A DNA stretch of 64,000 nt from a virus. The stretch lies in IMG/VR virus record IMGVR_UViG_3300037418_004082, one strand, 5' to 3'. This document shows positions 18,677 to 28,033 of this stretch, piece after piece (position 1 is the first letter of the stretch; the number at the start of each line of letters is the position of its first letter). Both the position numbers and the translations under genes were made by a program. Below the pieces are notes generated by a model. That model made no database searches. It was not told where the DNA came from and was given only the letters and a program-made list of their open reading frames with translations.

Positions 18677-19390
18677 TTAGAACCTCAATCCCGCGCCCGC
18701 GTACCAGCCCGCCCCGTTGTCGAGGTTCACGTCGCCGCCGACCTGCACGAAGTACGGTCCGCCGACGGCCGCACCCAGGCCCAGGGCCCGGTGGTTGAGG
18801 ACGGCGTCCACGCTCATCTCGATGTCGCCCGCTCCTTCCGGCACGAGCTGCCAGGTGACGAGGGGCTTGAGGGGCTGTCCGCGCAGGAGCTGCACGTCGA
18901 GCGCCATGCCGGCAGGCACGTAGCCCAGCAGCACGCCCAGGCGGCTGTGGTTGATGCCGTGCGGGTCCACGGTGGGGATGGTGAGGGGAACGGTCTCGTG
19001 CCGCTGCTCCGGGGTGACCGGAACGGGCGTGGGGGTGATGACGACGATGGGGACGGAGGCGCCCGCGTCCTGGTGCATGGTGATGTCGATCACCTCGTCC
19101 TGGTCGGGCGTCGGGCCGACGAGCGTGGGGTCCGTGGAGGCGCCCAGGCTGGAGGCGGGGCGAGCAGGCCGGCGAATGACGACGTGCACGTCCTGCGACG
19201 CTCGCACGACGGCCACGGGCCCCGGGGTGGGCGTGGCGTCAGGCGACGGCGTGGGGGAAGCCACCGCCGCCCCTTGCTTCGGAGCGAGTGCGGTCGGAGC
19301 AGGGGTCGGTCGATGAGGCGTGCAGTACGTCAGGCCAACACCCGCGGCGAGAACGGTCGCGACGGCGACTGCGATGATGCGCATGTCCAT
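18677..19390 (-). CDS. putative membrane protein: N-terminal anchor, Pro/Thr linker, beta-rich C-terminus ending in Phe
   Basis: MDMRIIAVAVATVLAAGVGLTYC; C-terminus GWYAGAGLRF. Confidence 0.6.
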   Translation of the reverse strand: MDMRIIAVAVATVLAAGVGLTYCTPHRPTPAPTALAPKQGAAVASPTPSPDATPTPGPVAVVRASQDVHVVIRRPARPASSLGASTDPTLVGPTPDQDEVIDITMHQDAGASVPIVVITPTPVPVTPEQRHETVPLTIPTVDPHGINHSRLGVLLGYVPAGMALDVQLLRGQPLKPLVTWQLVPEGAGDIEMSVDAVLNHRALGLGAAVGGPYFVQVGGDVNLDNGAGWYAGAGLRF

Positions 19391-19391
19391 C

Positions 19392-20003
19392 TTAGCGACC
19401 CAGCGCGGCGTAACGCGCGCGGCACGTGTCCACCATCTTGCGCAGGCACGCGGCGGTGGCGCGCACGTCATTCAGCGCGTCGTGCGCCGCCTCCTTCGAC
19501 AGCTCGATGCCCAGGTACTGGCAGAGCATCTCCAGCTTGACCTTCTGCACCTGGTTGTTGGCGAACTTCATGTCGAAGAGCGCGTAGCTCATGGTGTCCA
19601 TCACGTGGTAGTCGAGCGGCAGCTTGTGCTTGATGCCCAGCCAGCGCTTCACTTCACGGCGCAAGATCGGCATGTCGTAGCCGGCGGCGTTATGGCCCGC
19701 GGGCGTCAGGTAGTTGCCGTGCTTGCGGATGAACGCGTCCAGCTCCTGGTAGACCTGCAGCGGCGGCTTGCCGGCGTTCATGAACCACTCGTAGCTGCGG
19801 CCCTTCTGCTCGTGCATCTGCATGGCGTAGGGCTCGACGTGCGCGTAGGAGGGGATCTTCAAGAACTCGTGGAAGCAGTCGATCTCCGGGAAGCCCGGCT
19901 GGCGGGCGTCGAGGATGATGCCGGCGATCTGCACGGGCACGATGGCCTCGCCCATCTCGCCCAACCCGGTGGTTTCCAGGTCGAACACGAAGATCTTGTG
20001 CAT
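19392..20003 (-). CDS. DEDDh 3'-5' exonuclease (DnaQ/epsilon-like)
   Basis: FDLETTG, GHNAAGYD, AHDALNDV. Confidence 0.92.
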   Translation of the reverse strand: MHKIFVFDLETTGLGEMGEAIVPVQIAGIILDARQPGFPEIDCFHEFLKIPSYAHVEPYAMQMHEQKGRSYEWFMNAGKPPLQVYQELDAFIRKHGNYLTPAGHNAAGYDMPILRREVKRWLGIKHKLPLDYHVMDTMSYALFDMKFANNQVQKVKLEMLCQYLGIELSKEAAHDALNDVRATAACLRKMVDTCRARYAALGR

Positions 20004-20013
20004 GGAGTTCTCC

Positions 20014-20607
20014 TTAGAACGCGAAGGTGATGCGTTTCAGCTTCGGCAGGAGTTCCGCGACGCGCTCGTCGGGACCGTCAGCCGTCACCGTGTGGATGCG
20101 AACGTGAGGGGCGCGCTCCCGCACCAGGGGGAGCAACTTGTCGGTGAAGAACTCCTCGATTATAGCTTGAAAACCCGCGCTCGTGTGCCTCACACCGTCA
20201 TTTTCCGGCCCGAACATCACGGGCACGTAGACCAGGTCGGTGTAGCGGTGGATGCGCTGCTGCAGCAGGTTCGCGTACAGCAAGAGCAGCTCGCCGTACT
20301 GCTCGTGGAACTTGTAGATGAGACCCGGGGGCGGGTTGTGGGCGTAGGCCGTGTAACAGAGCATCGAGCAATCGCTGACGAAGCCGCTGACCTCGTGCTG
20401 GACCTCCTCCACGAAGTGGTACTCCAGGGCCTTGCGCTGGAACTCGCAGAAGTCGGGCAAGGCCAAGTTGCCGGGGGTGACGCCCATCTGGCGGGCGACG
20501 ATGCGCGCCGGCTCCTCGATCAGAGGTTTGTCGAGCACCAGCGCGAGGCGCGCGGCCAGGGTGGTCTTGCCGGTGCTGAACGCGCCGCACACGCCGATTC
20601 GGCTCAT
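20014..20607 (-). CDS. P-loop ATPase/nucleotide kinase (AAA_28/NadR-kinase-like)
   Basis: RIGVCGAFSTGKTTLA, LIEEPAR, FVSDCS, END.VR. Confidence 0.8.
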   Translation of the reverse strand: MSRIGVCGAFSTGKTTLAARLALVLDKPLIEEPARIVARQMGVTPGNLALPDFCEFQRKALEYHFVEEVQHEVSGFVSDCSMLCYTAYAHNPPPGLIYKFHEQYGELLLLYANLLQQRIHRYTDLVYVPVMFGPENDGVRHTSAGFQAIIEEFFTDKLLPLVRERAPHVRIHTVTADGPDERVAELLPKLKRITFAF

Positions 20608-20630
20608 GTTGTCGTCTCCGCAGATGATCA

Positions 20631-21401
20631 TCAGGATGCTCCCTTCCTAATGATATTCTCCTCTGCGAGTTCTCCCGTCATGTCTTGGCGTTGGCCTTCA
20701 ACGGCACGTGCTTCGTAGTCGGTGATGCCGCGCGTCACGTAAGGGTGTGGTGCACCCACCAGGTGAAGCCCCATCACCGCGAGCAGGAACGCGTCCGCTT
20801 CGTCGTTGCGCCAGTGGCTCGCGTTCGTGCCCCAGTTGTCGGGCATCGGCTTTCCCGGCGTGACGACGGCCGGGTACACGGTGTCGGGAACGGGCTCCGG
20901 GTTGGGGTTCTTCTTGGTGGGCTTGGGTTGACGATGTTGCACGACGCGCTCTGGCTTGATCTTCGGCGCCCAGCCCGACCAGTCCGTACGCAGGAACGAC
21001 ACGTCATAGCGGCGCTGCACGTGCTGACCTACCATCACCTTGTCGGCATTGCCGTTGCCGGTGCCGAAGATCTTCAAGCGGCTGATGGGCACCACCGCGT
21101 ACGGGATGCCCGACAGGTGGATCGCGTAACGCAACACCGCCCACATCTCGATGAGCGCGGTGTTGGCCCCCACGATGCTGCCGTAGCCCTCCACCACGAT
21201 GGTGACCACCCGCTTGCCCTCCGCGGCGAGCGCGGAGAGCACGTTCAGGAACTTGTGATGGATGTCCTGGACCCGCAGCATCCCGGTCACCCCGGGGGCG
21301 GGCGTCAAGGTCGTGGTGGCGATCGGGCCGCCCTCCACGTCCGCGACGGCAAGACCCGTCGAGTTGACCGAGATGTCGAGGCCCAGGATGACGTCAGGCA
21401 T
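20631..21401 (-). CDS. ruvC: RuvC-like Holliday junction resolvase with Pro/Lys-rich insertion
   Basis: ILGLDIS..STG, VVEGY, K.FGTGNGNADK, NDEADA. Confidence 0.85.
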   Translation of the reverse strand: MPDVILGLDISVNSTGLAVADVEGGPIATTTLTPAPGVTGMLRVQDIHHKFLNVLSALAAEGKRVVTIVVEGYGSIVGANTALIEMWAVLRYAIHLSGIPYAVVPISRLKIFGTGNGNADKVMVGQHVQRRYDVSFLRTDWSGWAPKIKPERVVQHRQPKPTKKNPNPEPVPDTVYPAVVTPGKPMPDNWGTNASHWRNDEADAFLLAVMGLHLVGAPHPYVTRGITDYEARAVEGQRQDMTGELAEENIIRKGAS

Positions 21402-21933
21402 GGTGTTGTACGAGTCCTCGGTAGATGTTGTTGTTGCGATGACCGGCGCGGAAGCGAACCGCCTTGCCCTTCTCGACCTCGTAGATGACGCGGAACATGT
21501 CGTTCTGGCCCGCCTTCATCTTGAAGCCTTGCGTCACGCAGCCGATGGATCCGGCCGCGATCGGATCGCCGATCCCTGGTTTAATTATCGCTCGCACCAT
21601 CTTCTTGAAGAGCGACATCTGGGTGTTCACGTCGCCCGGCGCGCCTTCAAGTGCGACGGCCATCACGGTGGCGACTTCGACGACGGCTTCGGTCTCGGTG
21701 AAGCGCCCGGTGTCGAGCACGGACTCCGTGCACTCGCGTGCCAGCTTGGCGAACTTCTTGTGCGGCTTGCACTTGCAGCGGATCACTTCGTGCAGGGCCG
21801 CGAGCACCTTGTCCGACAGATGGTCGGGAGCCAACGGTCGATCCGCCACCAAGGGCGTGTGCGCCGCAACCAGCCCAACAATGTAGTTGTGGGAAGCCCT
21901 AGCTGCCGGAGGCTTGGGAGCCGCCGGCACCAC
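21394..21933 (-). CDS. hypothetical protein
   Basis: 179-aa ORF co-oriented in operon; start uncertain. Confidence 0.55.
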   Translation of the reverse strand: MVPAAPKPPAARASHNYIVGLVAAHTPLVADRPLAPDHLSDKVLAALHEVIRCKCKPHKKFAKLARECTESVLDTGRFTETEAVVEVATVMAVALEGAPGDVNTQMSLFKKMVRAIIKPGIGDPIAAGSIGCVTQGFKMKAGQNDMFRVIYEVEKGKAVRFRAGHRNNNIYRGLVQHHA

Positions 21934-21953
21934 GGCCGTCAGGACGGGCTCGT

Positions 21954-22523
21954 CTACCTGGCGGCCGGAATGAAACTTTCCAGCTTCGCGTTCAGATCGG
22001 CGGGCAGATCCACCGACGAGGCGGGCTGCTTGAGCAGCTTGTCGTGCTCCTCCAGCAGGTCGTTGTGGTCCTTCTGGAGGTCGGCGAGCTTGGCCTGCAG
22101 GGCGGTCATTTCCTCGTCGCGCGCGGTGAGCTTGCCGACGGCCTGGTTATGCGCCAGCTCAAGCGTCGTGAAGGCGTGGGACTGCTTGTCGCGCAGCTCC
22201 TGAAGCTGCTGCACCTGGTCCAGCAGCCAATAGAGCTTGGTGGTCCAGTCCGCCGTAGAGGGGACGGGTGCCGCCGTCGAAGCGGGGATCTTCTCGATCT
22301 CCGCCTGGCACAGGTTGCACAGGTCGTAGTTCTCCGACGTGTCGAACGGGTTCACGAGAGCGTACTGATGAGGGGAGCGATGGCAGGCCGGCTTGCCCGC
22401 GATCATTACGTGAGCGGTCGTGCTATGCGGAGGGATCTTCGTCGTGACGAAGACGAACGGCTTGTTGATCTTCTCCGCCAGCGTGGTGGCAAAGTCCATC
22501 AGATGGGGACGCGTGTTGGACAT
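21954..22523 (-). CDS. hypothetical protein with C/H motif and coiled coil
   Basis: AAGGA RBS; HVMIAGKPAC...LCNLC; heptad-rich C-terminus. Confidence 0.7.
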   Translation of the reverse strand: MSNTRPHLMDFATTLAEKINKPFVFVTTKIPPHSTTAHVMIAGKPACHRSPHQYALVNPFDTSENYDLCNLCQAEIEKIPASTAAPVPSTADWTTKLYWLLDQVQQLQELRDKQSHAFTTLELAHNQAVGKLTARDEEMTALQAKLADLQKDHNDLLEEHDKLLKQPASSVDLPADLNAKLESFIPAAR

Positions 22524-22543
22524 GGTGATTCCTTTCACGATAA

Positions 22544-22570
22544 GTGACGCCCTCGCCACGAGGGCGTCAC
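22544..22570. terminator. perfect 12-bp hairpin between genes (weak terminator or processing site)
   Basis: GTGACGCCCTCG-CCA-CGAGGGCGTCAC; only short T run on minus strand. Confidence 0.45.
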
Positions 22571-22587
22571 GTGGTTTGTACGAACAG

Positions 22588-23877
22588 TTAGCCGACCGGC
22601 GCGCCGATCTCGCGGAGTTGGTCGAGCATCACGGCGGGCAAGCGGATCTGACCCGCTTCCTTGAGCCGCGTGTTCTCCTCCGCGAGCGCCGTGTTGGTCA
22701 GGGTCAACTCCTCGATCTTGGTGGCCTGGAGCTGCACGCGCTCCATCAGCCAGGCCATGTGCTTGATGACGGCGTCCGCGTCCACCGCCACCGATGCGCG
22801 AACCGGGCTGGGCGGCGTGCTGGCCTTGAGCGGCACCTCCGCGGGCGGCGGCATCTGCTGCCAGGGCGGTGCCGGCATGGGAACCGTCTGCTCGAACCCG
22901 GGCGGCACCTGCGCGGCGTCGGCGAGCAACGGCGGCGCATCTTCCGCGTCGGCCGACCCCGGGTCCACGTCCAGGGCCTGGCCGTTCTTGAAGAAGCCGA
23001 TGCGGTCGTAATCCAGCAGGTGCTGGAAGCACGACTTGCAGACGGTCATCTCCTTGCCGTGCTCCAGGGGGATGTGCGCGAGGATGCGGTTGCCGCACAT
23101 CGGCTTGAACGCACGGATCTTGATGGCCTCGCCCACGTGCCACGCCTGCGTCACGATGACGTGCGCCACCGCCGCGTCGGGCCCCGTGAGCGCGTAGATG
23201 AAGCGCATGGGCAAGAGCTTCTCGACCCGGCCCTCCGTCGTGAGCGGCGGGGTCAAGTGCTTGACGGCCTTGTCCCGGTCGGCCATCTCCTGCGCCAGGT
23301 TGCGCTGGTTCATGGCGTGCTTGGGGCTCTCCGACCCCATCGGATTCACGGGCTCCGCCGGCTTCGACGGCGCGATCTTCGGGGTGGGCACGGCTTCCGC
23401 GACCGGTGCGGGCTTGGGCAGTTCGGGCGCGGCAGGGGGAAGAGGCGGGGGTGCAGCGGCGTCCACCTTCTTCTCGACCGGCTTGGGCGGTTCGGGCTTT
23501 CGCGGCGTCAGCGCGTCGTCCACGACCTTGTGCAAAGGCGTCGTGCCAGGGGCCGGCTTGACCTTGGTCATCTGGTAGGCGGCATGGAGCTTCTTGGCAC
23601 GGTTCAAGCACACCGCGCAGATGACGAGGCCCTCGCTGGTAGCGACCGGCTTCTTCATCGGCATGGCGTCCTTGCGGCACAGCGGCGCCTGCTCCACGAT
23701 GGGGTAGGCATAGCCTTCCGGCGCCTTGACCGGCTTGGTCGGCACGACGTGTGCGCACAGCGTCGCACCCGGCTGGGTGCTGCGCTCGAAGGTGTAAGGG
23801 AAGGTAAGGGCTTCGGCCAGGGCTCCTAGCTTGTTCGTCTTACAGTTGGGATCGGGCATAGCGGGCATTTGAACCAT
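22588..23877 (-). CDS. Pro-rich hypothetical protein with two Cys/His domains and C-terminal coiled coil
   Basis: PLC...ICAVC and PMC...VCKSC repeats separated by Pro-rich linkers. Confidence 0.7.
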   Translation of the reverse strand: MVQMPAMPDPNCKTNKLGALAEALTFPYTFERSTQPGATLCAHVVPTKPVKAPEGYAYPIVEQAPLCRKDAMPMKKPVATSEGLVICAVCLNRAKKLHAAYQMTKVKPAPGTTPLHKVVDDALTPRKPEPPKPVEKKVDAAAPPPLPPAAPELPKPAPVAEAVPTPKIAPSKPAEPVNPMGSESPKHAMNQRNLAQEMADRDKAVKHLTPPLTTEGRVEKLLPMRFIYALTGPDAAVAHVIVTQAWHVGEAIKIRAFKPMCGNRILAHIPLEHGKEMTVCKSCFQHLLDYDRIGFFKNGQALDVDPGSADAEDAPPLLADAAQVPPGFEQTVPMPAPPWQQMPPPAEVPLKASTPPSPVRASVAVDADAVIKHMAWLMERVQLQATKIEELTLTNTALAEENTRLKEAGQIRLPAVMLDQLREIGAPVG

Positions 23878-23890
23878 CCTTTCGGTATCG

Positions 23891-25093
23891 CTACCGTCTT
23901 GCCGCGGCCGCTTCCTCGCGCTCCAGCGCGTACGCCACGGCGAACTCCGGGTGGCAGTGCTCCAGGTAGGGGCACGGCTCCTTGGTCAACTTGTTCACGC
24001 AGTTGGACGAGAAGTCCGTCGGGTTCTGCTGGATGAACACCTCTTGTTCGATCGCCTTGATGGCCTTCATCTTGCGCGCGACCGCCTGCTCCGCCTTGAC
24101 GGGGTCGAACGGCGCCCAGATGAACTGGTTGGTGCGCAGGTGCCAGATGGCGATCATGTGGGGGTACTGGCCGTGAATCTGCTTCCACGCCCAGCCGTAC
24201 AGCAGGAGCTGCTCCCAGTGCGCCACCTTCGACTGCGTGGGAGCTTCCTTGCTGCTCTTGTAATCGATCAAGTACACGCGGTTGTACGAGTCCGTCACGG
24301 CAAGGTCAATGTACCCCTTGTAGATGACGTCCGTGCCGGGGAAGTAAACCGCGTTGCGCAGGCGCTTGAACTCGTCGTCGTACTCGCTGATCTGGAACTC
24401 CACACCGTCGATGCGGCAACCCCACACGTGATCGGTGAAGATGTTGATGATGCTCATCACGTCGGCGTACACTTTGGTGAGCGAGAACTTGGCCCAGATG
24501 CCGACCTTGGGGATCAGCGACTTGACCGCGGCGGGATCGTCGTCCGGCAGCGGCACGATCGGCAGCGCGGCGTGCGCCTGCTTGGCCATGTTGTTGGCGT
24601 ACTCCTCCTGCTGCTCGATGCCGGCAGCGGCGTACGCGTTGGTCCAGGCGGCGGTCTTCTCCGGGGCCGTGGCGATGTCGTTCTTCCACGCTTCGGCGCC
24701 CTTGAACTTCCCGCTCTTGCGGATGGCGTCGGGCCCCTGATAGGACGCGCTCGCGCGCAGCTTGAGGTTGGCGAGGACCTGGGCGCTCATGTTGAGCGTG
24801 GGCAGCAGATGGGCCAGGTTGTCCTTGGCGAGCAGCGTGTGCCAGTGCTCCGCGGCGAGCTGTTGGACGCTGGGCACCTCGTGCGGCTGGGGCTGGCGCT
24901 GCCACTGCAACTGGAAGTTGCGGATGTTGTTGCCGTAGGTCTCCAGGATGTCGTGGCAGATCGAACCGACCGTCGTGGAGAAACGGTCGGTGTCGGGCCG
25001 CGGCACGCTCTTGTCGATGTAGTACAGGCGGTAGTATTCGCTGCACTCGTTGTACTTGTCCAGCCGTGTGTGGCTGAAGAACTTGAACGACAT
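23891..25093 (-). CDS. PD-(D/E)XK nuclease (RecB/AddB/Cas4-like), probable Fe-S cluster
   Basis: FSHTRL..Y.EC, GSICHDILE, GYIDL...IDYKS, QLLLY, C-terminal C..CPYLEHC. Confidence 0.9.
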   Translation of the reverse strand: MSFKFFSHTRLDKYNECSEYYRLYYIDKSVPRPDTDRFSTTVGSICHDILETYGNNIRNFQLQWQRQPQPHEVPSVQQLAAEHWHTLLAKDNLAHLLPTLNMSAQVLANLKLRASASYQGPDAIRKSGKFKGAEAWKNDIATAPEKTAAWTNAYAAAGIEQQEEYANNMAKQAHAALPIVPLPDDDPAAVKSLIPKVGIWAKFSLTKVYADVMSIINIFTDHVWGCRIDGVEFQISEYDDEFKRLRNAVYFPGTDVIYKGYIDLAVTDSYNRVYLIDYKSSKEAPTQSKVAHWEQLLLYGWAWKQIHGQYPHMIAIWHLRTNQFIWAPFDPVKAEQAVARKMKAIKAIEQEVFIQQNPTDFSSNCVNKLTKEPCPYLEHCHPEFAVAYALEREEAAAARR

Positions 25094-25119
25094 TGATTAC
25101 GTGCTCCTGATGTGATGCG

Positions 25120-25740
25120 TTACGTGATGCAGTTGAGAATACGTTCGTGAACTTCGTCAACAGTACCACAACCATCGACTACTTGCCAAGAGGTACGTCC
25201 ACCCGCGTGAGAGATCGCGTACGGCGGCGCGTTGAACACGTGCAGGTACGCTTCTCTCACACGACGAAGACGATCTTCGTTCGCTTCGTACGCATCATCA
25301 CGAATGGGACGACGACGGAAAGACTCCTCGACGGGGATGTCGATGAGGATCTGCACGTCCGGCTGCGGGATGTCACCGGGGATGATGCTGTAGAGCCAGT
25401 CGAGGTCGAGGCCGTCGGCCAGGCCGTACGCGAACGCGCTTGCCGTGTAGCGGTCCAGCACCAGGGAGCCCTCCGCGAGCATGGCCTTGAGCTTGGGGCG
25501 AGCCTCCAGCCGGTTCACGGTCTGGAGGGCCTGCAACGCGTGGCCGGCGTGCACGGGGTCCGGGTGCGGGTTGTTGAACGCCTTCACGATCTCCCGGCCG
25601 CTGACGCTGTCGTAGACCGGGAACTTGTAAGTCTGGGCACCCAGCTTGTTGGCGAGCAGTTGGATCTGCGTGCCCTTGCCGGCGGCGTCGAGGCCCTCCA
25701 GCGCGACGAGGCGCTTGCCCGCGGGAACGGTCCAGAGCAT
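25120..25740 (-). CDS. tmk: thymidylate kinase
   Basis: LEGLDAAGKGTQ, LDRY..SAFAY, PQPD. Confidence 0.92.
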   Translation of the reverse strand: MLWTVPAGKRLVALEGLDAAGKGTQIQLLANKLGAQTYKFPVYDSVSGREIVKAFNNPHPDPVHAGHALQALQTVNRLEARPKLKAMLAEGSLVLDRYTASAFAYGLADGLDLDWLYSIIPGDIPQPDVQILIDIPVEESFRRRPIRDDAYEANEDRLRRVREAYLHVFNAPPYAISHAGGRTSWQVVDGCGTVDEVHERILNCIT

Positions 25741-26577
25741 CTACGCCACCGCCTTCGTGACCAACGAGAAGTCGTGCTCGTTGGGGATCATCTTGCGCCG
25801 GCTCACCCAGCCGCACAGGTTGCCGTAGAACTCGTCGTCATCCGCGGGCGTGGCCGCGTGCTCCAGCGGGCTCATGTGACCGGCCGTCGTGAGCCGGCCC
25901 GTCATCGCGATGTCGTCCACGGCGTCACGAACACCGTTGTGCGTCACGTGCGTGACACGAGCGCAGCGACCCACGCTCGCCGACACGATGTCTTCGAGCC
26001 CGAACGCCTGCTGCAAGTCGGCGAGGTCGGGCGTCAGCGGCAGGTGCCACTCACCGTACGCCAGGCGCTTGGGCGTGGACGCTTCCCGCGCCTCGCGCAT
26101 CATCACCGCGATCGTCTGGATCTCCGGCTGCGCGTCGGGGTGGCAACGCAGGGCGAAGAAGTTGTCCCACTCCGTCGCCGTGAAGATGGCGGTGTACCAC
26201 TGGAACGGTTCCAGCACACGGTTGGCGAGCTGCTTGTGCAGGCCGATCAGCTCGAACAGCCACGAGACGAACACGGCGATGCGCGAGGCCGCGATCCAAA
26301 CCTGGATGGCCGCCCAGCGGCGCCAGCCCGTCAGCTCCGCCTTGGCCTGCATCCCCGCCTGGTTCTTGCCCAGGTAGGTCGGGATGAAGGGGTTGTCCCA
26401 CACGGCCTTGCGGATCTTCTTCGTGGGGATCGCGCGGCTGCTCGCAGCGTTGCGGCTAAACATGCGATGGGTCATCATCTCCGCGTGGATGATGCGCGGG
26501 TAGGTCAGCTCCATGGTCGTGAGGCGCTTGCCGCGAGGGCTGACGCTGTCGGCCAGGATGACGACGTTGTAGGCCAA
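25741..26577 (-). CDS. thyX: flavin-dependent thymidylate synthase
   Basis: HAEMMTHRMFSRNAASSRAIP; KQLANRVLEP. Confidence 0.92.
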   Translation of the reverse strand: MAYNVVILADSVSPRGKRLTTMELTYPRIIHAEMMTHRMFSRNAASSRAIPTKKIRKAVWDNPFIPTYLGKNQAGMQAKAELTGWRRWAAIQVWIAASRIAVFVSWLFELIGLHKQLANRVLEPFQWYTAIFTATEWDNFFALRCHPDAQPEIQTIAVMMREAREASTPKRLAYGEWHLPLTPDLADLQQAFGLEDIVSASVGRCARVTHVTHNGVRDAVDDIAMTGRLTTAGHMSPLEHAATPADDDEFYGNLCGWVSRRKMIPNEHDFSLVTKAVA

Positions 26578-26581
26578 GGTT

Positions 26582-26905
26582 CTATTCCTCCGTTCCCGGC
26601 AGCACGAAGCATGCCGACAGATAGTGCTTGTGGGGCGGCCAGGACTTGGGCGTCACGTCCTCCGCCTTCCTGCTCTCCAGGTTGATCAAGTTGACGCGCT
26701 TCCACGGGAAGTCGGCGAGGCCGTCCTCCGGGCTCGTCAGGATGTCGCAGCACAGGTCCACGCACTCGTTGCAGATGAAGACGCCCGGTGCCGCGATGAG
26801 CTTGGCGACGGATTCAAGCGCCTTTCCGCAGAACGAGCACCTCGACGTGTACTGCGGCGGCAGCGGGTCCTTCTTGAGCGGTTCGTCGGGGTTCAAGAAC
26901 GTCAC
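26582..26905 (-). CDS. stand-alone ClpX C4-type zinc-binding domain protein
   Basis: CSFCGK...[18 protein letters not shown]; no AAA+ domain. Confidence 0.88.
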   Translation of the reverse strand: MTFLNPDEPLKKDPLPPQYTSRCSFCGKALESVAKLIAAPGVFICNECVDLCCDILTSPEDGLADFPWKRVNLINLESRKAEDVTPKSWPPHKHYLSACFVLPGTEE

Positions 26906-27408
26906 ACCAGCTCCAGTGCACGCTCGCTCTGCGGCACCATCACGGTGCGCCAGCCGGCAGCGGCCGCGTGCTCCAATGCGCCCATCGGCGTCTTGCGGTG
27001 CATCACGACGCTGTGCCAGACCTCCATCAACGCGAGCAGCGAGCCGCCGTTCATCGAGCCCTCGACGCGGTACACGTTGGGGTGCCAGTAGAACGCGCAC
27101 GTCGTGTTGTCCACGGTGAAGGCCGTGCGCGTGTAGTCCCAGATGATGACGGGCTTGTTGGTGAGCAGGCCGCCGCCCAGCTCGACGTGGGTGCCGCGGC
27201 CGCCGGGCAGGAGCACGAGCACGACGTCGGCCGACCGCACGCCCTCGACCTCCTTGACCGACACTTCCTGCAGCCGCTCGATGCTGCTGCCCGCGGGGCC
27301 GTGGTCGAACCAGCGATAGGTGATGATGTGGCCCAGGTCCTCCAGCATGTCGGCGACGCGCTTGGCCTCGGCCAGGTTGTCGAGACCGCTCGCGATGTAA
27401 ATGCGCAC
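26902..27408 (-). CDS. nucleoside 2-deoxyribosyltransferase-like / nucleotide N-glycosidase
   Basis: RIYIAS...[23 protein letters not shown]. Confidence 0.8.
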   Translation of the reverse strand: MRIYIASGLDNLAEAKRVADMLEDLGHIITYRWFDHGPAGSSIERLQEVSVKEVEGVRSADVVLVLLPGGRGTHVELGGGLLTNKPVIIWDYTRTAFTVDNTTCAFYWHPNVYRVEGSMNGGSLLALMEVWHSVVMHRKTPMGALEHAAAAGWRTVMVPQSERALELV

Positions 27409-27419
27409 GTGTGGTTCTC

Positions 27420-27671
27420 CTATACTGCCGTGTGGCCGCACATCAAGCACGGCTGTCCGGGGGTGTGCTTCAACTTGATGGCGCGACTTTTCCCGTCACC
27501 CAGCTCGATGAGCCCTGCGATGGCGAGACCTTCGAGGTGGTAGTGCACCGTGCTCGTCGAGCGCAGGCCCGTACCCTCCGCGATCTCACGTACCGTTGGC
27601 GTGAGGCTGTTGGCTTTGAAGTAGGTCTGGATGAACTCCAGCACTTCGTTACGCGTATCCGACTTGCTCAT
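27420..27671 (-). CDS. LexA N-terminal DNA-binding domain only, with C-terminal CxxC
   Basis: EVLEFI...[25 protein letters not shown]...GLI...KSRAI; ends PCLMCGH; no Ala-Gly site or S24 peptidase. Confidence 0.9.
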   Translation of the reverse strand: MSKSDTRNEVLEFIQTYFKANSLTPTVREIAEGTGLRSTSTVHYHLEGLAIAGLIELGDGKSRAIKLKHTPGQPCLMCGHTAV

Positions 27672-28033
27672 TCACCGAACTCCACACGAAAGGGCACGCC
27701 GATCTTGCCTTTCAACGACGCGTACTGCGTCTCCTCGACGGGGATGCGCATGCGCTGATCGCAGTGCTTGCACCAGGTGTCGGCCCAGTCGCCCCCGCCG
27801 TAACCCGTGTCGCCGTGCTCGTTGTGGCCGGTGACGAGACCGCACAAGAGCTTGGCGGGCCAGAGCAGCAGACGGTAGCCGCGCAACGGCCGGACACCCG
27901 GCAGGATCTTCTGCTGCAGCAGGCCGTCGATCAGCCCTTTACGGTACGCACGAACCAATTGGCTCACGACCGGCGTCAACGCCAGGCGGATCAGGGCGAG
28001 GTAACCGTACTGGCGGGTCTGCGGGCCGCACAT
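27668..28033 (-). CDS. hypothetical protein
   Basis: GTGA overlap; LCGLVTGH...WCKHC. Confidence 0.6.
   Translation of the reverse strand: MCGPQTRQYGYLALIRLALTPVVSQLVRAYRKGLIDGLLQQKILPGVRPLRGYRLLLWPAKLLCGLVTGHNEHGDTGYGGGDWADTWCKHCDQRMRIPVEETQYASLKGKIGVPFRVEFGE

Noticed and set aside
17117-19540. Long antisense ORFs (for example 17117-19540, 51244-53199, 42864-44561, 12253-13866)
   Set aside because: Shadow frames caused by high GC3 opposite well-supported genes; they have no RBS and no motifs.
23891-25093. Cas4 / CRISPR adaptation gene
   Set aside because: No cas1/cas2 or array; the context is phage recombination.
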